Shown here piece after piece: positions 13,901-27,275 of a stretch of 64,000 nt of DNA. A program made the position numbers and the translations under genes. Under the pieces are notes generated by a model. The model searched no databases and was not told the origin of the DNA. It saw only the letters and a program-made list of their open reading frames with translations. Every line of letters starts with the position of its first letter. Position 1 is the first letter of the stretch. The stretch spans positions 930,001-994,000 of the forward strand of contig CM126214.1 of the NCBI GenBank assembly GCA_052327205.1, read 5' to 3'. This DNA comes from Somniosus microcephalus (taxonomy: Eukaryota).

Positions 13901-16490
13901 TTCTCGCCCTCCCTCAGTGAGAAACGGAACAGACTCGCCCTCCCTCTGAGAAACCGATCATTCTCACCCTCCCTCAGTGAGAAACGGAACAGACTCGCCC
14001 TCCCTCAGTGAGAAACCGATCATTCTCGCCCTCCCTCAGTGAGAAACCGATCATTCTCGCCCTCCCTCAGTGAGAAACCGATCATTCTCGCCCTCCCTCT
14101 GAGAAACCGATCATTCTCGCCCTCCCTCAGTGAGAAACCGATCATTCTCGCCCTCCCTCAGTGAGAAACCGATCATTCTCGCCCTCCCTCAGTGGGAAAC
14201 CGATCATTCTCGCCCTCCCTCAGTGAGAAACCGATCATTCTCGCCCTCCCTCAGTGGGAAACCGATCATTCTCGCCCTCCCTCAGTGAGAAACCGATCAT
14301 TCTCGCCCTCCCTCTGAGAAACCGATCATTCTCGCCCTCCCTCAGTGAGAAACCGATCATTCTCGCCCTCCCTCTGAGAAACCGATCATTCTCGCCCTCC
14401 CTCCGTGAGAAACCGATCATTCTCGCCCTCCCTCAGTGAGAAACCGATCATTCTCGCCCTCCCTCAGTGAGAAACCGATCATTCTCGCCCTCCCTCAGTG
14501 AGAAACCGATCATTCTCGCCCTCCCTCAGTGAGAAACCGATCATTCTCGCCCTCCCTCAGTGAGAAACCGATCATTCTCACCCTCCCTCAGTGAGAAACC
14601 GATCATTCTCGCCCTCCCTCAGTGGGAAACCGATCATTGTCGCCCTCCCTCAGTGAGAAACCGATCATTCTCGCCCTCCCTCAGTGAGAAACCGATCATT
14701 CTCGCCCTCCCTCAGTGAGAAACCGATCATTCTCGCCCTCCCTCTGAGAAACGGAACATTCTCGCCCTCCCTCAGTGAGAAACCGATCATTCTCGCCCTC
14801 CCTCAGTGGGAAACCGATCATTGTCGCCCTCCCTCAGTGAGAAACCGATCATTCTCGCCCTCCCTCAGTGAGAAACCGATCATTCTCGCCCTCCCTCTGA
14901 GAAACCGATCATTGTCGCCCTCCCTCAGTGAGAAACCGATCATTCTCGCCCTCCCTCAGTGAGAAACCGATCATTCTCGCCCTCCCTCAGTGAGAAACCG
15001 ATCATTCTCGCCCTCCCTCAGTGGGAAGCCGATCATTGTCGCCCTCCCTCAGTGAGAAACCGATCATTCTCGCCCTCCCTCAGTGAGAAACCGATCATTC
15101 TCGCCCTCCCTCTGAGAAACCGAACATTCTCGCCCTCCCTCAGTGAGAAACCGATCATTCTCGCCCTCCCTCTGAGAAACCGATCAGACTTGCCCTCCCT
15201 CAGTGAGAAACCGATCATTCTCGCCCTCCCTCAGTGAGAAACCGATCATTCTCGCCCTCCCTCTGAGAAACCGATCATTCTCGCCCTCCCTCAGTGAGAA
15301 ACCGATCATTCTCGCCCTCCCTCAGTGAGAAACCGATCATTCTCGCCCTCCCTCAGTGAGAAACCGATCATTCTCGCCCTCCCTCAGTGAGAAACCGATC
15401 ATTCTCGCCCTCCCTCAGTGAGAAACCGATCATTCTCGCCCTCCCTCAGTGAGAAACCGATCATTCTCGCCCTCCCTCAGTGAGAAACCGATCATTCTCG
15501 CCCTCCCTCAGTGGGAAACCGATCATTCTCGCCCTCCCTCAGTGAGAAACCGATCATTCTCGCCCTCCCTCAGTGAGAAACGGATCATTCTCGCCCTCCC
15601 TCAGTGAGAAACCGATCATTCTCGCCCTCCCTCAGTGAGAAACCGATCATTCTCGCCCTCCCTCAGTGAGAAACCGATCATTCTCGCCCTCCCTCAGTGA
15701 GAAACCGATCATTCTCGCCCTCCCTCAGTGAGAAACCGATCATTCTCGCCCTCCCTCAGTGAGAAACCGATCATTCTCGCCCTCCCTCAGTGAGAAACCG
15801 ATCATTCTCGCCCTCCCTCAGTGAGAAACCGATCATTCTCGCCCTCCCTCAGTGAGAAACCGATCATTCTCGCCCTCCCTCAGTGAGAAACCGATCATTC
15901 TCGCCCTCCCTCAGTGAGAAACCGATCATTCTCGCCCTCCCTCAGTGAGAAACCGATCATTCTCGCCCTCCCTCAGTGAGAAACCGATCATTCTCGCCCT
16001 CCCTCAGTGGGAAACCGATCATTGTCGCCCTCCCTCAGTGAGAAACCGATCATTCTCGCCCTCCCTCAGTGAGAAACCGATCATTCTCGCCCTCCCTCTG
16101 AGAAACCGATCAGACTTGCCCTCCCTCAGTGAGAAACCGATCATTCTCGCCCTCCCTCAGTGAGAAACCGATCATTCTCGCCCTCCCTCAGTGAGAAACC
16201 GATCATTCTCGCCCTCCCTCAGTGAGAAACCGATCATTCTCGCCCTCCCTCAGTGAGAAACCGATCATTCTCGCCCTCCCTCAGTGAGAAACCGATCATT
16301 CTCGCCCTCCCTCAGTGAGAAACCGATCATTCTCGCCCTCCCTCAGTGAGAAACCGATCATTCTCGCCCTCCCTCAGTGAGAAACCGATCAGACTTGCCC
16401 TCCCTCAGTGAGAAACCGATCGTTCTCGCCCTCGGTGAGAAACCAAATATTCTTATCTCTGAGAAACGGAACAGACTCGCCCTCCCTCCC
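4925..16490. repeat. 11.5-kb array of a 31-bp unit (about 375 copies, with 29- and 27-bp variants)
   Basis: Consensus ctcagtgagaaaccgatcattctcgccctcc. Confidence 0.99.
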
Positions 16491-16510
16491 TGCAACAAAG
16501 TCTAACTTTT

Positions 16511-17583
16511 GGTGACTCTGTAATCACTCCCTCCCAACAGGTGACTCTGTAATCACTCCCTCCCAACAGGTGACTCTGTAATCACTCCCTCCCAACAGGT
16601 GACTCTGTAATTACTCCCTCCCAACAGGTGACTCTGTAATCACTCCCTCCCAACAGGTGACTCTGTAATTACTCCCTCCCAACAGGTGACTCTGTAATTA
16701 CTCCCTCCCAACAGGTGACTCTGTAATTACTCCCTCCCAACAGGTGACTCTGTAATCACTCCCTCCCAACAGGTGACTCTGTAATCACTCCCTCCCAACA
16801 GGTGACTCTGTAATCACTCCCTCCCAACAGGTGACTCTGTAATCACTCCCTCCCAACAGGTGACTCTGTAATTACTCCCTCCCAACAGGTGACTCTGTAA
16901 TTACTCCCTCCCAACAGGTGACTCTGTAATCACTCCCTCCCAACAGGTGACTCTGTAATTACTCCCTCCCAACAGGTGACTCTGTAATTACTCCCTCCCA
17001 ACAGGTGACTCTGTAATCACTCCCTCCCAACAGGTGACTCTGTAATTACTCCCTCCCAACAGGTGACTCTGTAATTACTCCCTCCCAACAGGTGACTCTG
17101 TAATCACTCCCTCCCAACAGGTGACTCTATAATCACTCCCTCCCAACAGGTGACTCTGTAATCACTCCCTCCCAACAGGTGACTCTGTAATTACTCCCTC
17201 CCAACAGGTGACTCTATAATCACTCCCTCCCAACAGGTGACTCTGTAATCACTCCCTCCCAACAGGTGACTCTGTAATCACTCCCTCCCAACAGGTGACT
17301 CTGTAATTACTCCCTCCCAACAGGTGACTCTGTAATTACTCCCTCCCAACAGGTGACTCTGTAATCACTCCCTCCCAACAGGTGACTCTGTAATTACTCC
17401 CTCCCAACAGGTGACTCTGTAATCACTCCCTCCCAACAGGTGACTCTGTAATCACTCCCTCCCAACAGGTGACTCTGTAATTACTCCCTCCCAACAGGTG
17501 ACTCTGTAATCACTCCCTCCCAACAGGTGACTCTGTAATCACTCCCTCCCAACAGGTGACTCTGTAATTACTCCCTCCCCAAC
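16511..17583. repeat. 29-bp minisatellite, about 37 copies
   Basis: ggtgactctgtaat(c/t)actccctcccaaca. Confidence 0.98.
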
Positions 17584-18281
17584 AGACACGCACCCTTCTC
17601 TCCAGTGCTTGTGAAGTATTTGTGCTCGAGCTGCTTAGATGCCTCTCACTTCGCCTCGATCTTTCTCCGGCCCCGCGGCCAGTCATTGCTGTCACCAGCA
17701 GCATTCGCTACATTTTCTAACTTGTCACGGGCCATCGAAATGAGAGAGAAGGCAGGAATAATTTGCTGTTCCTTAGGAGGGAGAGGCTGAAGGGAGGGAT
17801 GTGCGGTAACGGTGCTGCCTATGTCAAGGGGGACTTGTTCGCCTGTGTAACTTTTCAGAATGTTTGCTGCGGTTTTCAGTCCTGCGTGTGTGGGCAGGGA
17901 GGGCTGTGCACCAACACTACACGCTGCTGGGGCCCTGCTCCCAACACTCCCACTACAAGTTAGAATTCTTTGTCAAACTTTATCTGCACAAATGAGTTAT
18001 CTTTCACAACAGAATCACAAATATTAGTTCCAGACACTAAGCTGGTGCTGGTCTGTCTAGTCACTTGTCACTTCTGGCATATCTGACCCCCCCCCGCTAA
18101 TGTCTCTTAGAACACTAAATCCTCACTATCTGCCAGCACTAAAATACAGACTTTATATAAAGCCCAGAGACTGTTTTATCAGCAGTTATTGGGCAGTTTA
18201 ATGCTGTAGCAAGTTTCTGTCAGTACTAAAGACACATTGTGCGAGACCTCATGAAGCAAATGCAGAAATATCAGATCCTCT

Positions 18282-18746
18282 CTAACCCGTGAGTTAATCC
18301 TCTCACACACTGTCTGACCCATGTGTTAATCCTCTGTCACACACTGTCTGACCCGTGTGTTAATTCTCTGTCACACACTGTCTGACCCGTGAGTTAATCC
18401 TCATCACACACTGACTGACCCGTGAGTTAATCCTCGTCACACACTGTCTGACCCATGTGTTAATCCTCTGTCACACACTGTCTGACCCGTGTGTTAATCC
18501 TCTGTCACACACTGTCTGACCCGTGTGTTAATCCTCTGTCACACACTGTCTGACCCGTGTGTTAATCCTCTGTCACACACTGTCTGACCCGTGAGTTAAT
18601 CCTCTGTCACACACTGACTGACCCGTGTGTTAATCCTCTGTCACACACTGTCTGACCGTGAGTTAATCCTCTGTCACACACTGACTGACCGTGAGTTAAT
18701 CCTCTGTCACACACTGTCTGACCCGTGAGTTAATCCTCTGTCACAC
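18282..18746. repeat. 34-bp minisatellite, about 14 copies
   Basis: cacacactgtctgacccgtg(t/a)gttaatcctctgt. Confidence 0.95.
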
Positions 18747-18829
18747 CCCACTCTGTGGCTGCAATGCTCCAGAAAACATTCATTCTAAATGACAGACATT
18801 GTCCTTCAATAGCTTTTATTCTATAAATC

Positions 18830-19670
18830 TCCCTTGAGATGTTTTCTGGGGCCTCAACTTTTCACCATATTTATTAATGACCTGTTTGAAGGGACAGTCT
18901 GATGCCATCAAGTTAGGTGGTACAGTAAATAGTGTAGATTGAAGCAGAAAGTTACAAAGGGACATTGAGTAATCAAAAAGTCTAATGGACTGATTTACAG
19001 GTCCAAGTACAGAAATCACTAAAAGCTAGTGGACAGGTATAAAAAATAATGAAAAAGATTAATGGAATGTTGGCCTTTATCTCGAGGGGGCTGGAATACA
19101 GTGGGGAGGAAGTGAAGCTTCTGTTGTACCGAGCTCTGGTCAGACCCCCTCTGGACACTGGGGTCAGTTCTGGGCCCCGCCCTCGGGAGGATATATTGGC
19201 CTCGGAGGGGGAGCAGCGCAGATTCACCAGAATGATACCGGGGCTAAAAGGGTTAAATTATGTGGACAGGTTGCCCAGACTGGGCTTGTATTCCCTCGAG
19301 TTTAGAAGATTAAGGGGTGATCTAATCGAGGTGTTTAAAATGTTTAAAGGATTTAATAAGATGGATAGAGAGAAACTATTTTCTCTGATGGAGGAGTCTA
19401 AAACAAGAGGGCAGAACCTTAAAATTAGAGCTGAGGCGTTCAGGGGTGATGTCGGGGAGCACTTTCTCACACCCAGGGTACTCTCCCCCCGAAAAGGCTG
19501 TGTGTTATTTGGAGCTTTCGAGACTGAGGTCAATAGATGTTTGTTGGGTAAGGGTATCGAGGGATGTGGAGGAAAAGCGGGTCAATGGAGCCGAGGTACA
19601 GACCAGCCACAATCTAATTGAATGGCAGAACAGGCTCGAGGGACTGAATGGCCTCCTTCTGTTCCTATAT
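18830..19670 (+). mobile_element. Degenerate CR1 LINE 3' fragment
   Basis: ORF 19049..19621 (LYRALVRP, RRLRGDLIEVFK) plus the CR1 3'UTR motif gaatggcagaacaggctcgaggg. Confidence 0.9.
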
Positions 19671-20319
19671 TAGCAATAAGGCAGGTTTTTTTTAAAGATT
19701 CAGCTACTATTTGTGTGTCTGGTGAATAATCTGGTCAGAACCACACGAGCAGCAGCTCGACTCCCGAGTGTTGGGGCCCAGTGACTTCTTGTGTAAATTG
19801 TACATAAACCTTGGCACGTTGAATGTTTCTGCCCTGCCGCAATATCAGCAAACAAGCACTGAGAACTGAGCCCAACAGTGTGCCACTTTATTCCAGCTGG
19901 GGCAGTCTCCCCACCTGGGTATCGGGCTGCCCAGGCCTCTTCTGATACCTGCCCTAAAATCCCACACAACACTCCAGCCAGTGTTACAGGAGATGTAGCA
20001 TGTGCTGCTGCATGTTGCCCAGTGTTGGGGCCATGCCCGAGAGGCTGAGTGAAGTTTATAAATCACGCCAGTTTTTTTTATCTATTAGGCTCTTGCTATT
20101 GGCCTCATTTGATATCAATCAAGTGTCAGTTCACTGCCAATTCCTTTTGTGTCAATTCCCTGACCCACGCCCCATAGAAAAGGGAAAGGGAGCATGTTAC
20201 AGCTTAGCTGACAATTCTAAACCTATTGTTTGAATCTCTGGTGTGATGTGACCAGGATTGCCCAGGATCTCCGTGTTCTTTGCTGCAGATTTCGAGAGAC
20301 TTGTGCTGCTTGACCAGGG

Positions 20320-20465
20320 CCTCGCACTGTGCTGCATTACTGCAGTGTTGCCATGTGCTGTGCCTCACACTCTGCTGCATTACTGCAGTGTTGCCATGTG
20401 CTGTGCCTCACACTGTGCTGCATTACTGCAGTGTTGCCATGTGCTGCGCCTCACATGTGCTGCAA
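20320..20465. repeat. 43-bp tandem repeat, about 3 copies
   Basis: ctcacactgtgctgcattactgcagtgttgccatgtgctgtgc. Confidence 0.9.
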
Positions 20466-20857
20466 TACTACTAAATGGAAAATTAGGAGTGGAGAGGCAT
20501 GGGTTAGGGAAAATATGAAAGCTCGTTAGATCAGATTCTGAAACAGCCTAAGCGTGGCTGTGTCAGACCCCACACAGGTCCTCCTTAAAACCAGGACCAC
20601 AGACTAATGTACTACCAACCTTCCAACCCCTCAAATAATATACAGACACGCGAGTAAAACTTAAACAATGTGTTTCACATTACCTCTCGCACATTTTACA
20701 TCGTGTACATTCTCATGCTAAACTGTGTCTGTTCATCTGCCCCAGGATTTCCCACTGGACTTCCTCACTATGAGGAGTCTGAATCAATTAATGTGTTGAG
20801 GATAAAGTTGCTGTTTAATTCAGTTCTTTGAAGCCAGATGTTCCCTGGTAACATTTG

Positions 20858-22305
20858 AATCATAGAATCATAGAAATTTACAGCACAGAAGGAGGCCATT
20901 CGACCCATCTTGTCCATGCCGGCCGACAAAGAGCTCTCCACCATAATCCCACTTTCCAGCACTTGGTCCGTAGCCCTGTAGGTTACGGCACTTCAAGTGT
21001 ACATCCAAGTACTTTTTAAATGTGATGAGGGTTTCTGCCTCGACCACCCTTTCAGGCAGTGAGTTCCAGACCCCCACCACCCTCTGGGTGAAAAATGTTC
21101 TCCTCAACCTCCGACCAATTACTTTAAATCTGTGCCCCCCTGATTATTGACCCTTCTGCTAAGGGAAATAGGTCCTTCCTATCCACTCTCTCTAGGCTCC
21201 TCATAATTTTATACACCTCAATTAGGTCTCCCCTCAGCCTCCTCTGTTCCGAGGAAAACAACCCCAGCCTATCCAATCTTTCCACATAGCCAAAATTCCC
21301 CAGCCCAGGCAACATCCTTGTAAATCTCCTCTGTACCCTCTCTAGCGCAGTCACATCCTTCCTGTAATGTGGTGACCAGAACTGCACGCAGTATTCTAGC
21401 TGTGGCCTAACTAGTGTTTTATACAGTTCGAACATAACCCCCCTGCTCTTATATTCTATGCCACGGCTAATAAAGGCAAGCATTCCGTATGCCTTCTTAA
21501 CCACCTTATCTACCTGGCCTGCTACCTTCAGGGATCTGTGGACATGCACTCCAAGGACCCTTTGTTCCTCTACACAACTCAGTGTCCTACCATTTATTGT
21601 GTATTCCCTTGCCTTGTTAGCCCCCCCCAAATGCATTACCTCACACTTCACTGCTGTTCTGTCCACCTGACCAGTCCATTGATATCTTCCTGCAGTCTAC
21701 AGCTTCCTTCTTCATTATCAACCACACGGCCAATTTTTGTATCATCTGCAAACTTCTTAATCATACTTCCTACATTCAAGTCCAAATCATTGATATATAC
21801 CACAAAAAGCAAAGGACCCAGTACTGAGCCCTGTGGAACCCCACTGGAAACATCTTTCCAGCCACAAAAACACCCGTCAACCATTACCCTTTGTTTCCTG
21901 TCTCTGAGCCAATTTTCCCACGGGCTTTTACTTTCGTGACCAGTCTGCCATGCGGGACCTTATCAAAAGTCTTGCTAAAATCTAACAGCACTGTGGGAGT
22001 ACCTTCACCACACGGATACCACATCCACTGGTTCCCCCTTATCTATTCTGCTAGTTACAACCTCAAAATCTCCAACAGATTTGTCAAACACGATTTCCCT
22101 TTCACTGTGCCCAATCCTATTATTATTTTCTAAGTGCCCTCTTACCACACCCTTAATAATAGATTCTAGCATTTTCCCTACTACTGATGTCAGGCTAATT
22201 GGTCTGTAGTTCCCCATTTTCTCTCTCCCTCCTTTCTTAAATAGTGGGGTTACATTTGCTACCTTCCAATCCGCGGGTACCGTTCTAGAATCTATGGAAT
22301 TTTGG
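20858..22305 (-). mobile_element. CR1 LINE RT/3' fragments, a mosaic of at least two pieces
   Basis: ORFs 20868..21107, 21124..21666, 21648..21884 ([12 protein letters not shown]) and 22005..22358. 8-bp tail repeat atcataga. Confidence 0.92.
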
Positions 22306-22384
22306 AAATCTAGAGTTCTCTGGATGTCAAGGGACATACAGGGTCTTCGCCTCCACACACAGGTTACCTTTATGGTCCCTAATC

Positions 22385-23538
22385 ATCAACGCTCTTCTCA
22401 ATCTTCCTTGCTGCAATGCTCCATCTCGCCTTCAGTAAGCTCCCCGCTGGAGTGGAGCTAATCTACAGAACAAACTGGAAACTGTTCAACCTCCGTCGCC
22501 TCCAGTCCAGATCCAAGGTCGCCCCATCCTCTGTCATCGAATTACAGTATGCAGACGACGCTTGCGTCTGTGCACACTCGAAGGTCGAACTCCAAACCAT
22601 CGTCAACACCTTCATCAAAGCGTATGAGAGCATAGGCCTTACACTAAACATCCGTAAGACAAAGGTCCTCTTACAACCTGCCCCCGCCACACAGTTCTGC
22701 TCCCCGATTATCAAAATCCACGATGAGGCCGTGGACCACTTTCTATACCTCGGGAGCCTACTGTCAACAAGAGCAGACGTTGATGGTGAAGTCCAACACT
22801 GCCTTCAGTGTGCCAGTGCAGCTTTCGGTCGCCTGAGGAAGAGAGTGTTTGAAGACCAGGACCACAAACCCAGCAACAAGCTCATGGTCTACAGAGCAGC
22901 AGTGATATCCGACCTCCTGTATGCCTCAGAGACATGGACCATGTACAGCAGGCACCTCAAAGCACTGGAGAGGTACCACCAACGCTGCCTCCGCAAGATC
23001 CTGCAAATCCATTGGCAGGATAGGCGCACCAACGTCAGTGTTCTTGCTCAGGCCAACATCCCCAGCATCGAAGCGCTGACCACGCTCAATCAGCTCCGAT
23101 GGACGGACCACATCATCCGCATGCCTGATACGAGGTTCCCAAAACAAGCGCTCTACTCGGAGCTCTGACACAGCAGTGGAGCCCCAGGTGGGCAGAGGAA
23201 ACACTTCAAGGACACCCTCAAAGCCTCCTTGAAAAAGTGCAACATCTCCTCCAACACCTGGGAATCCCTGGCCCAAGACCGCCCAAAGTGGAGGAGAAGC
23301 AGCCGGGAAGGCGCTAAACACCTCGAGTCTCTTCGACAGGAGCAAGCGGAAGCCAAGCGAAAACAGCGGAAGGAGCGCACGTCAACCCAAGCACCCCACC
23401 CACCCGCCCCTTCAGCCACCGTCTGCCCCACCTGTGACAGGGACTGTAGGTCCTGCATTGGACTCATCAGTCACCTGAGAACTCATTTTTAGCATGGAAG
23501 CAAGTCATCCTCGGTTCCGAGGGACTGCCTAAGAAGAA
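22385..23538 (+). mobile_element. RTE-clade LINE, 5'-truncated
   Basis: ORF 22416..23168 (KLFNLRRL, ELQYADD, ASETWT, LRW..HI.RM) and 23229..23492 ending in a CxxC...HxxxH finger. Short 3'UTR ending (aag)n. Confidence 0.88.
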
Positions 23539-25800
23539 TAGGCCCTACTCTTACTTTAGTCATCCTCTTGCTCTTAATGTATTTATAAAGCATCTTTGGG
23601 TTTTCCTTGATTTTACTTGCCAATATTTGTTCATGCCCTCTCTTTGCTTTCCTAACTTCCTTTTTTAATTTCACCCCTGCACTTTCTATACTCTTCTAGG
23701 GTTTCTGCAGTATTGAGTCCTCGGTATCTGTCATAAGCTTCCCTTTTTTTCTTTATCCTACCCTGTATGCCCCTTGACATCCAGGGAGCTCTAGATTTGT
23801 TAGTCCCACCCTTTGTCTTTAAGGGGACATACTTGCTCTGAACCCTCACTATCTCCTCTTTGAATGCCTCCCACTGCTCTGACACTGATTTACCTTCAGG
23901 TTTCTGTCTCCAGTCCACTTTGGCTAAATCACCTCTCAGCTTAGTAAAATTAGCTTTTCCCCAATTGGGAACTTTTATTTCTGGTCTATCCTTGTCCTTT
24001 CCCTAACTACCTTAAATCTAACTGAATTATGATCACTACCACCAATATGCTCTCCCACTGATACCCTTTCCACCTGCCCAGCTTCATTCCCTAAAACTAG
24101 GTCCAGAACCGCCCCCTCTCTTGTTGGGCTTGCTACGTGCTGGCTAAAAAAGCTCTCCTGAATGCATTTTAAGAATTCTGCTCCCTCTATATCTTTCACA
24201 CTAATTTTATCCCTGTTAATATTAGGGAAGTTGAAATCCCCTACTATTACTGCCCTATTTTTGCACATCTCAGAAATGTGCCTACATATTTGCTCTTCTA
24301 TCTCCCTCTGACTGTTTGGGGGCCTATCGTACACTCCCAGCAGTGTGACTGCCCCTTTTTTTTTCAGTTCAACCCATAGGGCCTCATTTGATCTTTCTAA
24401 GATACCATCCCTCCTCACTGCTGTAATTTTTTCTTTAATCAATATTGCGACCCCCCTCCTTTTTTATCCCCCTCTCTCTCTCTCTTGTCTGAAAATCCTG
24501 TAACCAGGAATGTTGAGCTGCCATTCCTGCCCTTCTTTCAGCCATGTCTCAGTAATAGTTATAATATCACACTCCCACGTGTCTATCTGTGCCCTCAGCT
24601 CATCTGCTTTATTCCCTAGACTCCTTGTGTTGAAGTATATACCATTTAGCACGGCCAAACTCCCTTGTTGTCTATTTTCTAGCCTTTGTTTCCTCTGCCT
24701 TCCAAACTCGCTTACTAATTTTCTGCCTTCCATTTCCAGCTTTGCTTCTCTCCCTTCTGAGTCCTCTCTCAGGTTCCCATCCTCCTGCCAAGCTAGTTTA
24801 AACCCTCCCCAACAGCACTAGCAAACCCCGCCGTGAGGATATTGGTCCCGGTCCTGTTGAGGTGCCACCCATCCGGCTTGTACAGGTCCCACCTCCCCCA
24901 GAAATGGTCCCAATGCCTCAGGAATCTAAAGCCCTCCCTCCTGCACAGTCTACGCATTCATCTGCTCTGTCCTTCTGTTTCTGTACTCACTAGCACGTGG
25001 CACCAGGAGTAATCTGGAGATTACTACCTTTGAGGTCCTGCTTTTTAATCTCTTTCCTAGCTCCCTAAAATCTGCCTGCAAGACCTCATCCCTCTTTCTA
25101 ACTATGTCGTTGGTACCGATCTAGACCATGACCTCTGGCTGTTCACCCTCCCCCCTCAATGTCCTGCAGCCGCTCAGTGACATCCTTGACCCTGGCACCA
25201 GGGAGGCAACATACCATCCTAGAGTCACGTCTGCAGCCGCAGAAACGCCTGTCTGCTCCCCTATCGAATCCCCTATCACTATTGCTCTTCCACTCTTCCT
25301 CCTCCCCCCCCTGTGCAGCTGAGCCACCCGTGGTGTCATGGACTTGGCTCTGGCTGCACTCCCCAGAGGAACCATTGTCCCCATCAGTATTCAGAACTGA
25401 AAGCCGGTTAGCGAGCGAGATGCACTCAATTGATTCCTGCCCTACCTGCCTGGTCCTCTTCTTCTGTCTGGCGGTCACCCATTCCCTCTCTGCCCACACA
25501 CTCTTAAGCTGTGGGGTGACCACCTCCTGAAACGTGCTATCCATGAAGTTCTCCGCCTCGCGGATGCATTGCAGTGACTCCAGCTGCCACTCAAGCTCCG
25601 AAACCCGGAGCTCGAGCTGCTGTAGCTGGCGACACTTCCCGCACATGTGGTCATCCAGGACTTCCCACATGGCACAGGATGTGCATTCCACGGGTGTGAG
25701 CTGCTCTGCCATGTCTTTACTTTGTAGACTATTAACTAGAAACTAGAAACACTTACCAGCTACTCACCAATCAGCTCTTTCCCTGGTTGTGACGTCACTA
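23539..25800 (-). mobile_element. CR1 LINE 5' half: 5'UTR, ORF1 (Zn finger/leucine zipper plus SGNH esterase) and ORF2 APE endonuclease; decayed
   Basis: 25143..25712 has CxxC...CxxC plus LELRVSELEWQLESL and VCCLPGARVKDV. 23975..24733 has ITETWL, RPPN, GDFN and SDHN. Confidence 0.92.
25767..25798. promoter_or_regulatory. CCAAT box and full CRE palindrome at the CR1 5' end
   Basis: ccaat at 25767-25771 and gtgacgtcac at 25789-25798. Function untested. Confidence 0.45.
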
Positions 25801-25859
25801 TAGCTGTTTTGCAGTAGGTGCCTTTGAAGATGAGATAATGCCCAGGACAGGAGTACAGT

Positions 25860-27275
25860 CATTAACCCAGGCCCCTGTGAGGGCACTGCATTAACCCAGG
25901 CCCCTGTGAGGGCACTGCATTAACCCAGGCCCCTGTGAGGGAGTTGCATTAACCCAGGCCCCTGTGAGGGCACTGCATTAACCCAGGCCCCTGTGAGGGA
26001 GCTGCATTAACCCAGGCCCCTGTGAGGGCACTGCATTAACCCAGGCCCCTGTGAGGGCACTGCATTAACCCAGGCCCCTGTGAGGGAGCTGCATTAACCC
26101 AGGCCCCTGTGAGGGCACTGCATTAACCCAGGCCCCTGTGAGGGCACTGCATTAACCCAGGCCCCTGTGAGGGCACTGCATTAACCCAGGCCCCTGTGAG
26201 GGCACTGCATTAACCCAGGCCCCTGTGAGGGCACTGCATTAACCCAGGCCCCTGTGAGGGAGCTGCATTAACCCAGGCCCCTGTGAGGGCACTGCATTAA
26301 CCCAGGCCCCTGTGAGGGCACTGCATTAACCCAGGCCCCTGTGAGGGAGCTGCATTAACCCAGGCCCCTGTGAGGGCACTGCATTAACCCAGGCCCCTGT
26401 GAGGGCACTGCATTAACCCAGGCCTCTGTGAGGGAGTTGCATTAACCCAGGCCCCTGTGAGGGAGCTGCATTAACCCAGGCCCCTGTGAGGGAGCTGCAT
26501 TAACCCAGGCCCCTGTGAGGGCACTGCATTAACCCAGGCCCCTGTGAGGGAGTTGCATTAACCCAGGCCCCTGTGAGGGAGCTGCATTAACCCAGGCCCC
26601 TGTGAGGGAGCTGCATTAACCCAGGCCCCTGTGAGGGAGCTGCATTAACCCAGGCCCCTGTGAGGGCACTGCATTAACCCAGGCCCCTGTGAGGGAGCTG
26701 CATTAACCCAGGCCCCTGTGAGGGAGCTGCATTAACCCAGGCCCCTGTGAGGGAGCTGCATTAACCCAGGCCCCTGTGAGGGAGCTGCATTAACCCAGGC
26801 CCCTGTGAGGGCACTGCATTAACCCAGGCCCCTGTGAGGGAGTTGCATTAACCCAGGCCCCTGTGAGGGCACTGCATTAACCCAGGCCCCTGTGAGGGCA
26901 CTGCATTAACCCAGGCCTCTGTGAGGGAGTTGCATTAACCCAGGCCCCTGTGAGGGAGCTGCATTAACCCAGGCCCCTGTGAGGGAGCTGCATTAACCCA
27001 GGCCCCTGTGAGGGCACTGCATTAACCCAGGCCCCTGTGAGGGAGTTGCATTAACCCAGGCCCCTGTGAGGGAGCTGCATTAACCCAGGCCCCTGTGAGG
27101 GAGTTGCATTAACCCAGGCCCCTGTGAGGGCACTGCATTAACCCAGGCCCCTGTGAGGGAGCTGCATTAACCCAGGCCCCTGTGAGGGAGCTGCATTAAC
27201 CCAGGCCCCTGTGAGGGAGCTGCATTAACCCAGGCCCCTGTGAGGGAGCTGCATTAACCCAGGCCCCTGTGAGGA
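25860..27275. repeat. 29-bp minisatellite, about 49 copies
   Basis: cattaacccaggcccctgtgaggg(cact/agct/agtt)g. Confidence 0.98.

Noticed and set aside
4925-27275. CRISPR-like appearance of 29-31-bp hairpin repeats
   Set aside because: Units are head to tail with no unique spacers, there are no cas genes, and the context is vertebrate.
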